Shown: piece by piece, positions 18,113 to 26,717 of the stretch
Layout of the letters: each line of letters opens with the position of its first letter
Position numbering within the stretch: position 1 is the stretch's first letter
From: an uncultured Chitinophagales bacterium
GTDB taxonomy: Bacteria; Bacteroidota; Bacteroidia; Chitinophagales; BACL12
DNA: 64,000 nt
Direction: 5' to 3'
NCBI GenBank assembly: GCA_964492065.1
Contig: CAZBHH010000001.1
Span: forward strand, 225,845 to 289,844
The notes under the pieces: model-generated
What the model saw: the letters and a program-made list of their open reading frames with translations, nothing else
Told to the model about the DNA's origin: nothing
The model's database searches: none
Position numbers and translations under genes: made by a program

Positions 18113-19966
18113 TCAGGCGGCGGGCCCTATGAGATTTTTGGCAATGGTAAATACAAATCTGGTCCCTTTGTCCCCTTTTGATTCTACCCAAACCGTGCCG
18201 CCATGCCTTTCGATAATCTTCTTGCACATGGCAAGGCCAATGCCCGTTCCCGAATATTCTTCCATACTGTGCAACCTTTGGAAGATAACAAAAATGCGCT
18301 CGTGAAATTCCGGTGAAATACCGATTCCGTTATCCTCTACGGATATCTCCCATCTGTTGATTTTGTCTTTTACATTGATGATAATTTCGGGAGATTTTTT
18401 TCCCCTGAACTTAATGCCGTTGTCAATAAAGTTTTGAAAAATTTGTATTAACTGCACTTTGTTACCCTGGATTACGGGCAGGTTTTCGGCGAGGATTATG
18501 GCGTCGTTCTCGATAATTTTATTGTTGAGCGCCTGGTTAACAGCTTCAAATACTTCGTTTAAATCCACCTCTTCAAATCCTGTAGCAGGCCTGTTGACCC
18601 GTGAATAGGCGAGCAAGTCGCGGATCAGGTTTTGCATGCGGTGCGCTCCATCGGTGATATAGCCCATGAACTGTTGTCCGTCTTCGTCCAGGATATTCTT
18701 ATACTTCTTCTCCAAAATCTGGATAAAGCTGGTAATGGTGCGCAGCGGCTCCTGTAAATCGTGTGAAGCCACATAGGCAAAATGCTCCAGTTCCTGATTG
18801 ATGCGCAACAGTTCCTGGTTCTTTTCCTCCAGTTTAAATTCGGCGTGTTTGCGCTTATCTATGCTCTCCATAAATACCACCGCATTGCTGGTATTTTTTG
18901 TGCTATTTATGAGCGCCATCATTAGCTTAAACCAATACGTACCGCCTCCTTTTCTCACCAGTCGCACCTCCATTTCCACTGTTTGCAGTTCCTTTGTAAA
19001 TACCCGTTGCAATTGTTTTTTAACCTGTTTTATATCCTCCTGGTACACAATTTCCATGAGATTCATCCCTTTTAAAACCTCATGTGAATAGTTTAATTTC
19101 TCTGCGATAACCGGGTTAATCTCTAACAGGTCGAACTGTTCATTCATAATGGAGATACCGATGGGTGAACTCGAAAAAACGGAATTGAACCGGTTCTCGG
19201 TTTGTTTTATTTTTTCTTCTGCCGCCTTATGAGAATCAATATTTGTAATCAGCGAAATGCGTGCTTCGCGGTTGTTGTAAATTATCTCCTTTGCAATTAA
19301 TTCAATCGCTATAATATCGCCGCCTTTGGTAATTATCTCGGATTCGTAAGGCAAATCGTAATTGCAGGCAATCATTTTTTCCGTGTACTCCCTCCATTTT
19401 TCCGGAACGAGATCCAAACAATTCTTACCTACCAGTTCACTTTCGCTGTAACCCGTTAATTCTTCAAATGCTTTATTTACCGTTTCTATCTTACCCCGGA
19501 TGCAAACCAAAACTGCCTGCATGTTGTGGTCTGATAAAAAATGAAATTTTATTTTGTCCTGTTCAATTTGTTCGCTCTGCTCCTTTTGCAGGCTGATATC
19601 CCTGCCTATACCGTACACCAATTCCTTTTCGGGGTCTGCCACCAGGTTCCAGACATACCATTTGTAAGTACCGTCTTTACAAACTTTGCGCTCTTCGTAA
19701 TTTATCGCCCTGTCCTTTCCCTCGACAATGCTCTTATAGATGGCCACGCTCTTTTCAATATCCAGCGGGTGAATTGTCTGTGTTGTTTTTTCGAGCATCA
19801 ATTCTTCATTGGTATATCCCAGGGCAGCTGACCAGGCGTCATTAATCATCAATACGTTGCCATTAAAATCCAGCAGGAGCATCAGATCCGGCGACATGCT
19901 GAAGAAGTGTTTTGCCTCGGTGGAAAACAAGTCGAGGGATTCTATATCCTTAGATAATTTGAGCAT
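18113..19966 (-). CDS. Cytoplasmic multi-PAS sensor histidine kinase
   Basis: 617 aa with no TM and about three PAS/PAC units. The HisKA H-box is ASHDLQEPLR, and the HATPase_c domain has DNGIGI and GTGIGLAMCKKI. Confidence 0.9.
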   Translation of the reverse strand: MLKLSKDIESLDLFSTEAKHFFSMSPDLMLLLDFNGNVLMINDAWSAALGYTNEELMLEKTTQTIHPLDIEKSVAIYKSIVEGKDRAINYEERKVCKDGTYKWYVWNLVADPEKELVYGIGRDISLQKEQSEQIEQDKIKFHFLSDHNMQAVLVCIRGKIETVNKAFEELTGYSESELVGKNCLDLVPEKWREYTEKMIACNYDLPYESEIITKGGDIIAIELIAKEIIYNNREARISLITNIDSHKAAEEKIKQTENRFNSVFSSSPIGISIMNEQFDLLEINPVIAEKLNYSHEVLKGMNLMEIVYQEDIKQVKKQLQRVFTKELQTVEMEVRLVRKGGGTYWFKLMMALINSTKNTSNAVVFMESIDKRKHAEFKLEEKNQELLRINQELEHFAYVASHDLQEPLRTITSFIQILEKKYKNILDEDGQQFMGYITDGAHRMQNLIRDLLAYSRVNRPATGFEEVDLNEVFEAVNQALNNKIIENDAIILAENLPVIQGNKVQLIQIFQNFIDNGIKFRGKKSPEIIINVKDKINRWEISVEDNGIGISPEFHERIFVIFQRLHSMEEYSGTGIGLAMCKKIIERHGGTVWVESKGDKGTRFVFTIAKNLIGPAA

Positions 19967-19992
19967 TCAATCCGATATATTTTTCGTTTGTT

Positions 19993-20012
19993 TGAAATTA
20001 TTTATAATTTCA
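19993..20012. promoter_or_regulatory. Perfect 9+9 inverted repeat TGAAATTAT-tt-ATAATTTCA upstream of the histidine kinase
   Basis: Read directly from the sequence. It lies 27 nt upstream of the kinase ATG and downstream of the candidate -7 box. Confidence 0.3.
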
Positions 20013-20029
20013 AGTAGTCACTAAGTATC

Positions 20030-20037
20030 CAAATATA
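20030..20037 (-). promoter_or_regulatory. Candidate -7 box TATATTTG (histidine kinase)
   Basis: The plus strand reads CAAATATA. It lies 63 nt upstream of the kinase ATG at 19966. Confidence 0.3.
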
Positions 20038-20081
20038 GTTGTTTTGGGCTATTGAAACAGAGGGCATATTGCGGGATAACA

Positions 20082-20984
20082 TCACTTAACGGTACTATTT
20101 TGATATTTTTTTATAAACTCATGAAACCGGGTATTCGCAAATACCACCAGGATGATACAGGCGGCGCCGATATAAAATCCGCTGTTCAATTCGCGGTGTT
20201 CTCCGAAAAATACCATAGCGAGCAAAATGCCGTATATCGGTTCCAGATTGACGACCATATTAGAGGTAAATGCGCTCAAATGCCTGAGTATGCGCAGTGA
20301 CAGGGTAAATGGGATAGCGGTACACACAATAGAAAGCAACAGTAAATACACGACATCCGAATTTGAGGGCACCCAATTACTGCCGGGAAACCAATGTAAA
20401 TAAAACGGCAGTACCAGGGTCAGAAACAGAAAGCCCGCACCGAGCTCGATAAAAGTAACCGACAGCGGCTCGTGATGTGTCACTATTTTTCGATTAATGA
20501 CAGAAAATAAACTCGACAGAAATGCCGAAATAATTCCAATAATCATTCCGGTACGATACTGACCGTTGAAATAAAAGATGAGGTACATAGCCGGGACAAT
20601 GGCCAATCCCATGAATACCTCCCACCTATTGACAGAAGTCTTAAAGTACAGGGGTTCCAAAAAAGCGGTAAACAGCGAGATGGTTGCCAGGCAAGTTAAA
20701 GCGACGGAGACATTTGCATATTGAATGGCGCCGTAAAATGTAATCCAATGCAGTGAAACAATAATGCCGACACCGGCAATTTTCGCCAGGTCTTTATAGT
20801 GAACCCGCTTAAGCCCTCTCCATAAGTCCGGTAACACCAAAAGACTTGCAGCGGTAAGACCCATGCGGTACCAAACCAAAACGGTTTCCCGCAGCGAAAT
20901 CAGGTTACCCAAAATGGCGGTAAAGCCCCAAATGAATACGCATAAATGGAGAATGTAATAGGCTCTACGCCGCTCTGAAATCAT
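20082..20984 (-). CDS. EamA/DMT-family transporter
   Basis: About 300 aa with 10 predicted TMs in two EamA-like halves. I prefer ATG at 20984; the track's 20993 start is a TTG. Confidence 0.7.
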   Translation of the reverse strand: MISERRRAYYILHLCVFIWGFTAILGNLISLRETVLVWYRMGLTAASLLVLPDLWRGLKRVHYKDLAKIAGVGIIVSLHWITFYGAIQYANVSVALTCLATISLFTAFLEPLYFKTSVNRWEVFMGLAIVPAMYLIFYFNGQYRTGMIIGIISAFLSSLFSVINRKIVTHHEPLSVTFIELGAGFLFLTLVLPFYLHWFPGSNWVPSNSDVVYLLLLSIVCTAIPFTLSLRILRHLSAFTSNMVVNLEPIYGILLAMVFFGEHRELNSGFYIGAACIILVVFANTRFHEFIKKYQNSTVK

Positions 20985-21159
20985 GCCATACAAAAGTAAT
21001 TTTTTCGGTTGGAATTATTGAAAAACGGGCATCCTACCTGATTTTTTAACTTTTAAACAGATAAATCTCTGTTTTGTAAATTATTTGGCAATAGCGGTAT
21101 GATTAGCCGACCTATAAAAATTATATTTTTTAACTTCGCACCCTAAATTATCTATCAAA

Positions 21160-23091
21160 ATGAAAAAAATAATACTCTCAGTAGTTGCTGTATCCCTCAC
21201 ACTGTACGGATCGGCACAAACCGTTTTTAGCGAAGACTTTGAAGGCGGTTCTTTCCCGGCTGGCTGGACCCAGGAGACCGACGCATCCGACGGCGGGTGG
21301 CTGGTCGGTGATGCCGGCTCACTTTCCAGCTCATCTTTCCCAATTGAAGAACACACCACTTTTATTGCCACCAACGACGATGCCTGTAATTGCGACAAGT
21401 CGAACGATTTCATTTACACACCCTCCATTGATATATCCAGCCTGGCTAATCCTTTCCTGAAGGCGGCTGTTTATTATTTTGAAGGTACCTACGATGCTAC
21501 CGAAAATCTGACTGTAGAGGCCTCAACAGACGGCGGCACTACCTGGGCTATCCTCGTCGATTTAGGATATGAGAGCACAAGCTGGAGAACCGAATTTATC
21601 GACCTCTCCGACTACGCCGGAGAAACCGATTTAATAATCGGATTCCGCTACAGCGATGGTAACGGTTGGTTATATGGCGCCGGGATAGATGATGTAGAGG
21701 TTTTTGAAGCAGATTTAACCACTGTTTCCGCCTCATTAGGTTCAAGTTACTTAGGCTCTAATATTGATAATATTCCTGAAGTATTTAATGGTTACACCAA
21801 TTACCTCACCGGCAAGACGATGGTGGTGAATGGTGTAATTAACAACCTCGCTATGGCGCCGATTACCTCCTTCGATGTAACCTATACGAGAGGCTCTGAT
21901 ACCTATACTCAATCTTATACCGGCGTAAGCATTGGTGCCGGCAGTACCTATTCCTTTATTATGGACACCCCCCTTTCAATCAATGAAGGCAGCAATGATG
22001 TAACCGTTACTTTAGAAAATATTAATGGCGGCACAACCGGTGATGATCCTGCCGATAATACCAAAACAGCATCGGTAAACGGCGTCAGCGCAAAACCCGG
22101 ACGCCTGGTAGTGGCTGAAGAAGCTACAGGCAGCTGGTGCGGCTGGTGTGTAAGAGGTAACGTATTAATGGAGTACATGTACGACAATTACTCCGAAAAC
22201 TTCTTTGGCATAACCGTACATAATGGCGACCCGATGGTCGTGTCAGAATACGACGGCGGTTTTGCTGCTTCAGCCTTCCCCAATGCAAAAATAGATCGCC
22301 AGGGCTGGATTGACCCCCTGGAGTTCGAGACTGCTTATATAAACAGAATCAGCGTTGAGCCGGAAGTATTAATGAGCCAGGAAGTGTCTTGGGATGAAGC
22401 AACCCGTACAGCAACCGTAACGAGTTTATTGAACTTCGTAGAGCAAATGGACGGCAATTACCGCATCGCAGTGGTATTTACCGAAGATGAAGTTGTCGGC
22501 ACCGGAAGTTCCTGGAATCAGTCCAACTATTACGCAGGTGGTGCATACGGACCGATGGGCGGCTACGAATCTCTTCCCGCTTATGTTCCTGCAACTACCA
22601 TCCCTTACCACCATGTTGCCCGTGCAATTATCGGTGGCTTTAACGGTGAAGAAGGTAGTGTGCCGGCAGAAAACGCTCCCGGTTCCTACCATGCTTATAC
22701 CACAACTTACGAAGTGCCTGCAGATTACAACTGGGACAATATGCATGTTGTTACCCTGCTCATTAACTACTCCACCAAGAAAATTATCAATGCAGCAAGC
22801 AAGTCCAACTTTACAGCGATTGATGATATTTCCAACATCACCGGTATCAGTATTTATCCGAACCCGGCAAATGATTACTCACTTATCCGTGTAAACATTG
22901 CCGAGCCTCAGGAACTGACAATTACCGTTTCAGATATCAGCGGTAAAGTGGTGGTGAGCAATAATTACGGAATACAGTCCGGCGACAATGTATATACGCT
23001 CAATACCGAATCTTTGGGAAGCGGTGTGTACTTTGTAAATATCCGTACCAATGAAGAGATGATCAGCAAGAAACTGGTTATTTCCAAATAA
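21160..23091 (+). CDS. Secreted protein with a choice-of-anchor-J-like N-domain, a thioredoxin-fold (Omp28-related) domain and a T9SS type-A C-terminal domain
   Basis: 643 aa with a signal peptide. Motifs: FSEDFEGGSFPAGWTQ, EEATGSWCGWCVRG (CxxC). The C-terminus is ISIYPNPANDYSLIRV...GVYFVNIRT...KLVISK. Confidence 0.75.
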   Translation: MKKIILSVVAVSLTLYGSAQTVFSEDFEGGSFPAGWTQETDASDGGWLVGDAGSLSSSSFPIEEHTTFIATNDDACNCDKSNDFIYTPSIDISSLANPFLKAAVYYFEGTYDATENLTVEASTDGGTTWAILVDLGYESTSWRTEFIDLSDYAGETDLIIGFRYSDGNGWLYGAGIDDVEVFEADLTTVSASLGSSYLGSNIDNIPEVFNGYTNYLTGKTMVVNGVINNLAMAPITSFDVTYTRGSDTYTQSYTGVSIGAGSTYSFIMDTPLSINEGSNDVTVTLENINGGTTGDDPADNTKTASVNGVSAKPGRLVVAEEATGSWCGWCVRGNVLMEYMYDNYSENFFGITVHNGDPMVVSEYDGGFAASAFPNAKIDRQGWIDPLEFETAYINRISVEPEVLMSQEVSWDEATRTATVTSLLNFVEQMDGNYRIAVVFTEDEVVGTGSSWNQSNYYAGGAYGPMGGYESLPAYVPATTIPYHHVARAIIGGFNGEEGSVPAENAPGSYHAYTTTYEVPADYNWDNMHVVTLLINYSTKKIINAASKSNFTAIDDISNITGISIYPNPANDYSLIRVNIAEPQELTITVSDISGKVVVSNNYGIQSGDNVYTLNTESLGSGVYFVNIRTNEEMISKKLVISK

Positions 23092-23110
23092 TTTCGAAAA
23101 CAACCCAATT

Positions 23111-23142
23111 AAAAAGCAGGCAGCAATTGCCTGCTTTTTTTT
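23111..23142. terminator. Bidirectional rho-independent terminator between the convergent T9SS cargo gene and radC
   Basis: AAAAA-GCAGGCA-gcaat-TGCCTGC-TTTTTTTT: a 7-bp GC-rich stem (23116-23122 / 23128-23134) flanked by an A-run and a T-run. Confidence 0.8.
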
Positions 23143-23845
23143 ATAGGATACCTTCATCGGCAAAACTGTAATAGCCCTTTTCGCCGATAATAATATGGTC
23201 GAGCAGCACCAGATCCATCAACCGGGCGGCATCTTTAATTTTGCCGGTGAGTTTAATATCGTTTTCGCTTGGCTGTAAATTACCCGAAGGATGATTATGG
23301 CAAATGGCAATGGAAGTACACGACTTGATGGCCACCGCCTCTTTGAGGATAATTTTAATATCCACAACGGTGCCTGCCACCCCGCCGGCGCTGATGCGCT
23401 GTTTAGCGACAGGGGTATTCGACTTATTCAGATATGCTACCCAAAACTCCTCATGGCCGAGATCACTCAGCATGGGGTTAAAGAATTGAAATAAGTCCCG
23501 GCTGTCTCTAATTTTCTGCTTAACTCCCCCTCCCGTTCCTTCCCGGCGCCTGCCCAATTCCATGGCGGCAATAATGGTGATGGCCTTTGCCTCGCCGACA
23601 CCGAGAAATTTTTTGAGCTCCTTCACTTCCAGCTTCGCCAGCGCATTCAGATCATTATCATAAGCGCTGAGAATTTCCTGCGCCAATTCGACGGCTGTTT
23701 TTTTCGTATTGCCACTACTCAAAAGAATCGCCAGCAGCTCGGCATTGGTAAGTTCCCGCCGGCCTTTATTTAACATTTTCTCCCTGGGCCTGTCCTCTTT
23801 GGCAAGCTGCTTCAGCGTCGGTTTGTTCGGAACGTATTCTTCCAT
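23141..23845 (-). CDS. radC: RadC-family JAB/MPN-domain protein
   Basis: 234 aa with an HhH region (ELLAILL, GVGEAKA) and the JAMM motif HNHPSG..PSxxD. Confidence 0.9.
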   Translation of the reverse strand: MEEYVPNKPTLKQLAKEDRPREKMLNKGRRELTNAELLAILLSSGNTKKTAVELAQEILSAYDNDLNALAKLEVKELKKFLGVGEAKAITIIAAMELGRRREGTGGGVKQKIRDSRDLFQFFNPMLSDLGHEEFWVAYLNKSNTPVAKQRISAGGVAGTVVDIKIILKEAVAIKSCTSIAICHNHPSGNLQPSENDIKLTGKIKDAARLMDLVLLDHIIIGEKGYYSFADEGIL

Positions 23846-23857
23846 AGGGATAGAGAT

Positions 23858-23885
23858 AAAAAAAGCCCCACAAAATTGTGAGGCT
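23858..23885 (-). terminator. Rho-independent terminator downstream of rpsT
   Basis: The minus strand reads AGCCUCACA-auuu-UGUGGGGCU followed by UUUUUUU. This is a 9-bp stem with one G-U pair, 24 nt after the rpsT stop. Confidence 0.8.
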
Positions 23886-23908
23886 TAAATTATGGAATTT
23901 TTTAAAAA

Positions 23909-24163
23909 TTATTTTTGATTGTGTATCCGCTTCATCAATTTAGATTTCAGGTTGGCGGCTTTATTTCTGTGGATTACATTTTTCTTTGCCAGTTTATCGA
24001 TCATTGAAATCACTTCGGGCAACTTTTTCTCGGCTTCCTGCTTATTCTCAATTGCCTTGATATCGCGAATCGCATTGCGTGTCGTCTTACCTACATAGCG
24101 GTTTTCCAATCTTCTCTTTGAAGCCTGGCGAATGGATTTCTTCTGTGCTTTATGATGTGCCAT
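23909..24163 (-). CDS. rpsT: 30S ribosomal protein S20
   Basis: MAHHKAQKKSIRQASKRRLENR... is a typical bS20. The start was moved to the internal ATG at 24163. A TACCTTTG -7 box at 24191-24198 lies inside the track's N-terminal extension. Confidence 0.9.
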   Translation of the reverse strand: MAHHKAQKKSIRQASKRRLENRYVGKTTRNAIRDIKAIENKQEAEKKLPEVISMIDKLAKKNVIHRNKAANLKSKLMKRIHNQK

Positions 24164-24190
24164 ATAAATACCTCGTTTACAAGTAGAGGG

Positions 24191-24198
24191 CAAAGGTA
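24191..24198 (-). promoter_or_regulatory. Candidate -7 box TACCTTTG (rpsT)
   Basis: The plus strand reads CAAAGGTA. It lies 27 nt upstream of ATG 24163. Confidence 0.35.
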
Positions 24199-24224
24199 GA
24201 AAAATGGCTCAACAATAAAAAGTA

Positions 24225-25730
24225 TTAACGAGAATTACTTTCGATATCCAGGTGTTGCAGATAAGCCAGGGTCTGCTGCATATCCTCGTGCAGATACCTG
24301 TCGAACCGGGCAAACGGGACGATTTTCCGCAGCCCGGCGACGAGCGCTTCCACCGGCGGTGCCGATTGTGCCGGACGCCTGAATTCCAGGGCCTGGGCAG
24401 CCGTCAGCAATTCAATTGCCAGGACTTTCTCGACATTGCGAGCCACCCGCAAACATTTTGTGGCGGCATTTGCCCCCATACTCACATGGTCTTCCTGCTC
24501 ATTGCACGATGCTATGGAATCGACAGAGGCCGGGGTACACAATTGTTTATTCTGGGAAACAATACTCGCCGCCGTATATTGAGGTATCATCAGACCGGAG
24601 TTCAAACCGGGTTCGGGCGATAGGAATTCCGGCAATCCGCGGCTCCCGGAGAGCATCCGGTAAATGCGCCGCTCCGAGATATTGGCGAGCTCGCTTAATG
24701 CCATTGCCATAAAATCCAGGGTTAACGCCAGCGGTTCCCCGTGGAAATTGCCTCCGCTTAAAATCAGGTCTTCCTCTGGGAAGATATTGGGATTGTCCGT
24801 CACCCCGTTTATTTCACGGCTGACAATGGTAACGCAGTATTCCAGTGCATCCCTTGCCGCACCGTGTACCTGTGGGATACAGCGGAACGAATAGGGATCC
24901 TGCACCTGCTCTTTCGGCTGCGTGAACATGCTGCTGCCATGCATAATTTCCCTGATATGCTGCGCCACCCGTATCTGCCCGGCCTGTTTGCGCAGTGCAT
25001 GAATCTGCGGCATAAACGGATCGCTGCGACAGCCCCAGGCATCCAGTGATACACAAGCAATCAAATCGGCCAGATATTCGATACGGCGGGCGAGAATTAA
25101 ACAGTAAACGCCATAGGCGCTCATAAACTGTGTGCCGTTTAGTAATGCCAAACCCTCCTTTGATTGCAATTGCAAGGGTTCCCATTGCATGTGGTGTAAC
25201 ATTTCGGAGGATTCGACAACGGCACCGCGAAACTTCACTTTGCCCATGCCGATTAACGGGAGGCTCATATGTGCCAGCGGACACAAATCGCCCGAAGCGC
25301 CAAGCGACCCCTGCTCATAGATCACCGGCAGGATGTCTGCATTATACATATCGATTAAGCGCTGCACAGTCAGGACACCGATTCCCGAATGCCCGTAGCT
25401 GAGGGATTGAATCTTCAGCAACAGAATAATTCTGACAATTTCATCGGGCACCATATCTCCAAATCCACAGGCATGAGAAATTATCAGGTTGTGCTGCAGA
25501 TGCCCGATGGCGTCGTGCGAAATTTTCACTTTACACAAGGAGCCAAATCCGGTATTTACTCCATACACCGGGATGTCCTGGTTATTGATTTTATCATCCA
25601 GGTACTTTCGACACTGTTCAATTGTATTCTGTGCTGATTTACCCAGTGCAATTTTCTGCCGGTTCTGCAGAATCTGTTGAATGGCGGCAATTGTCAGCGG
25701 CGCATCGGAAACCGTATGAAAAGACTCCAT
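24225..25730 (-). CDS. hutH: Histidine ammonia-lyase (MIO-dependent aromatic amino-acid lyase family)
   Basis: 501 aa with NTGFG and GSLGASGDLCPLAHM (the Ala-Ser-Gly MIO triad). The Ser-His pair in LIISHACG matches HAL rather than TAL or PAL. Confidence 0.85.
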   Translation of the reverse strand: MESFHTVSDAPLTIAAIQQILQNRQKIALGKSAQNTIEQCRKYLDDKINNQDIPVYGVNTGFGSLCKVKISHDAIGHLQHNLIISHACGFGDMVPDEIVRIILLLKIQSLSYGHSGIGVLTVQRLIDMYNADILPVIYEQGSLGASGDLCPLAHMSLPLIGMGKVKFRGAVVESSEMLHHMQWEPLQLQSKEGLALLNGTQFMSAYGVYCLILARRIEYLADLIACVSLDAWGCRSDPFMPQIHALRKQAGQIRVAQHIREIMHGSSMFTQPKEQVQDPYSFRCIPQVHGAARDALEYCVTIVSREINGVTDNPNIFPEEDLILSGGNFHGEPLALTLDFMAMALSELANISERRIYRMLSGSRGLPEFLSPEPGLNSGLMIPQYTAASIVSQNKQLCTPASVDSIASCNEQEDHVSMGANAATKCLRVARNVEKVLAIELLTAAQALEFRRPAQSAPPVEALVAGLRKIVPFARFDRYLHEDMQQTLAYLQHLDIESNSR

Positions 25731-25747
25731 GATTGTATTTTTCGCTT

Positions 25748-25755
25748 CAAATTTA
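25748..25755 (-). promoter_or_regulatory. Candidate -7 box TAAATTTG (hutH)
   Basis: The plus strand reads CAAATTTA. It lies 17 nt upstream of ATG 25730. Confidence 0.4.
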
Positions 25756-25820
25756 GCAGAATCAAATTATCCATTCTTCCTGCATTAAGCTTTCATTATT
25801 TTTACAACGTGGAGCCGATA

Positions 25821-26717
25821 ATGCAATTCAGGGAAGTGCGCAAAGCCTTTAGCGAAGTACAGGCATTAAACGGCGTTACCTTTAATGTTCCCGCCGGTTC
25901 GATTTTCGGTTTGCTCGGCCCGAATGGCGCCGGCAAGACCACATTAATTCGCATTATTACAAAAATCCTTGCCGCCGACAGCGGTGCGATTTACTTCGAC
26001 GGTATTCCGATTAAAGACCAGACCTATGCGGCTATCGGCTATATGCCTGAAGAAAAGGGTTTGTATAAAAAAATGCGGGTAGGTGAACACCTGGTATATC
26101 TCGCCCGCTTAAAGGGTTTGCGTGCCTCAGAGGCAAAACAGCGCATCCGGTTCTGGTTCCAAAAACTGGAAGTGCCCGATTGGTGGAATAAAAAAGTAGA
26201 AGACCTGTCAAAAGGAATGCAACAGAAAGTGCAGTTTATCGCAACCGTACTACATAACCCCAAATTGCTGATACTGGATGAACCCTTTTCAGGCCTGGAT
26301 CCGGTGAATACCGAAATGATAAAAAATGAAATTTATCACTTGAACCAGCAGGGCGTCACTATCTTATTCTCAACGCACCGCATGGAGCAGGTAGAGGAAA
26401 TCTGCAACAATATCGTGCTGATAAATAAGGGAAATGTGGTAATTGAAGGTGCGGTGAAAGACATAAAAAACCGGTTCAGAAAAAATCATTTTGAAATTGC
26501 ATTCAGTACTGATGCAGCGATTGAGAATACGGATTTATTCCGGGTTATCGACAGTAAGCCGAACACCTGCCGCATCCAGGTTCGCGACGACGTGAGCAAC
26601 AACCGGGTTCTGCAATACTTTATCGACGGCGGTTATCAGATTGCCACCTTCAGGGAAATATTGCCATCGCTGCACGAAGTTTTTATTTCACTGGTTAAAA
26701 CGGCAGAGCTTGCGTAA
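25821..26717 (+). CDS. ABC transporter ATP-binding protein (NatA-like, with C-terminal accessory domain)
   Basis: Walker A GPNGAGKTT, signature LSKGMQQK, Walker B LLILDEP. The start is the ATG at 25821; the track's upstream extension runs into the hutH divergent region. Confidence 0.9.
   Translation: MQFREVRKAFSEVQALNGVTFNVPAGSIFGLLGPNGAGKTTLIRIITKILAADSGAIYFDGIPIKDQTYAAIGYMPEEKGLYKKMRVGEHLVYLARLKGLRASEAKQRIRFWFQKLEVPDWWNKKVEDLSKGMQQKVQFIATVLHNPKLLILDEPFSGLDPVNTEMIKNEIYHLNQQGVTILFSTHRMEQVEEICNNIVLINKGNVVIEGAVKDIKNRFRKNHFEIAFSTDAAIENTDLFRVIDSKPNTCRIQVRDDVSNNRVLQYFIDGGYQIATFREILPSLHEVFISLVKTAELA

Noticed and set aside
20991-20998. A TACTTTTG -7 box match next to the EamA gene start.
   Set aside because: It lies only 6 nt from the preferred ATG (20984) and overlaps the alternative TTG start, so the geometry is incompatible with the other promoters in the window.
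24225-25730. The ammonia-lyase as a tyrosine ammonia-lyase for flexirubin-type pigment synthesis.
   Set aside because: The selectivity position reads Ser-His (LIISHACG), as in histidine ammonia-lyases rather than the His-Leu of TALs. No polyketide or flexirubin genes are nearby.
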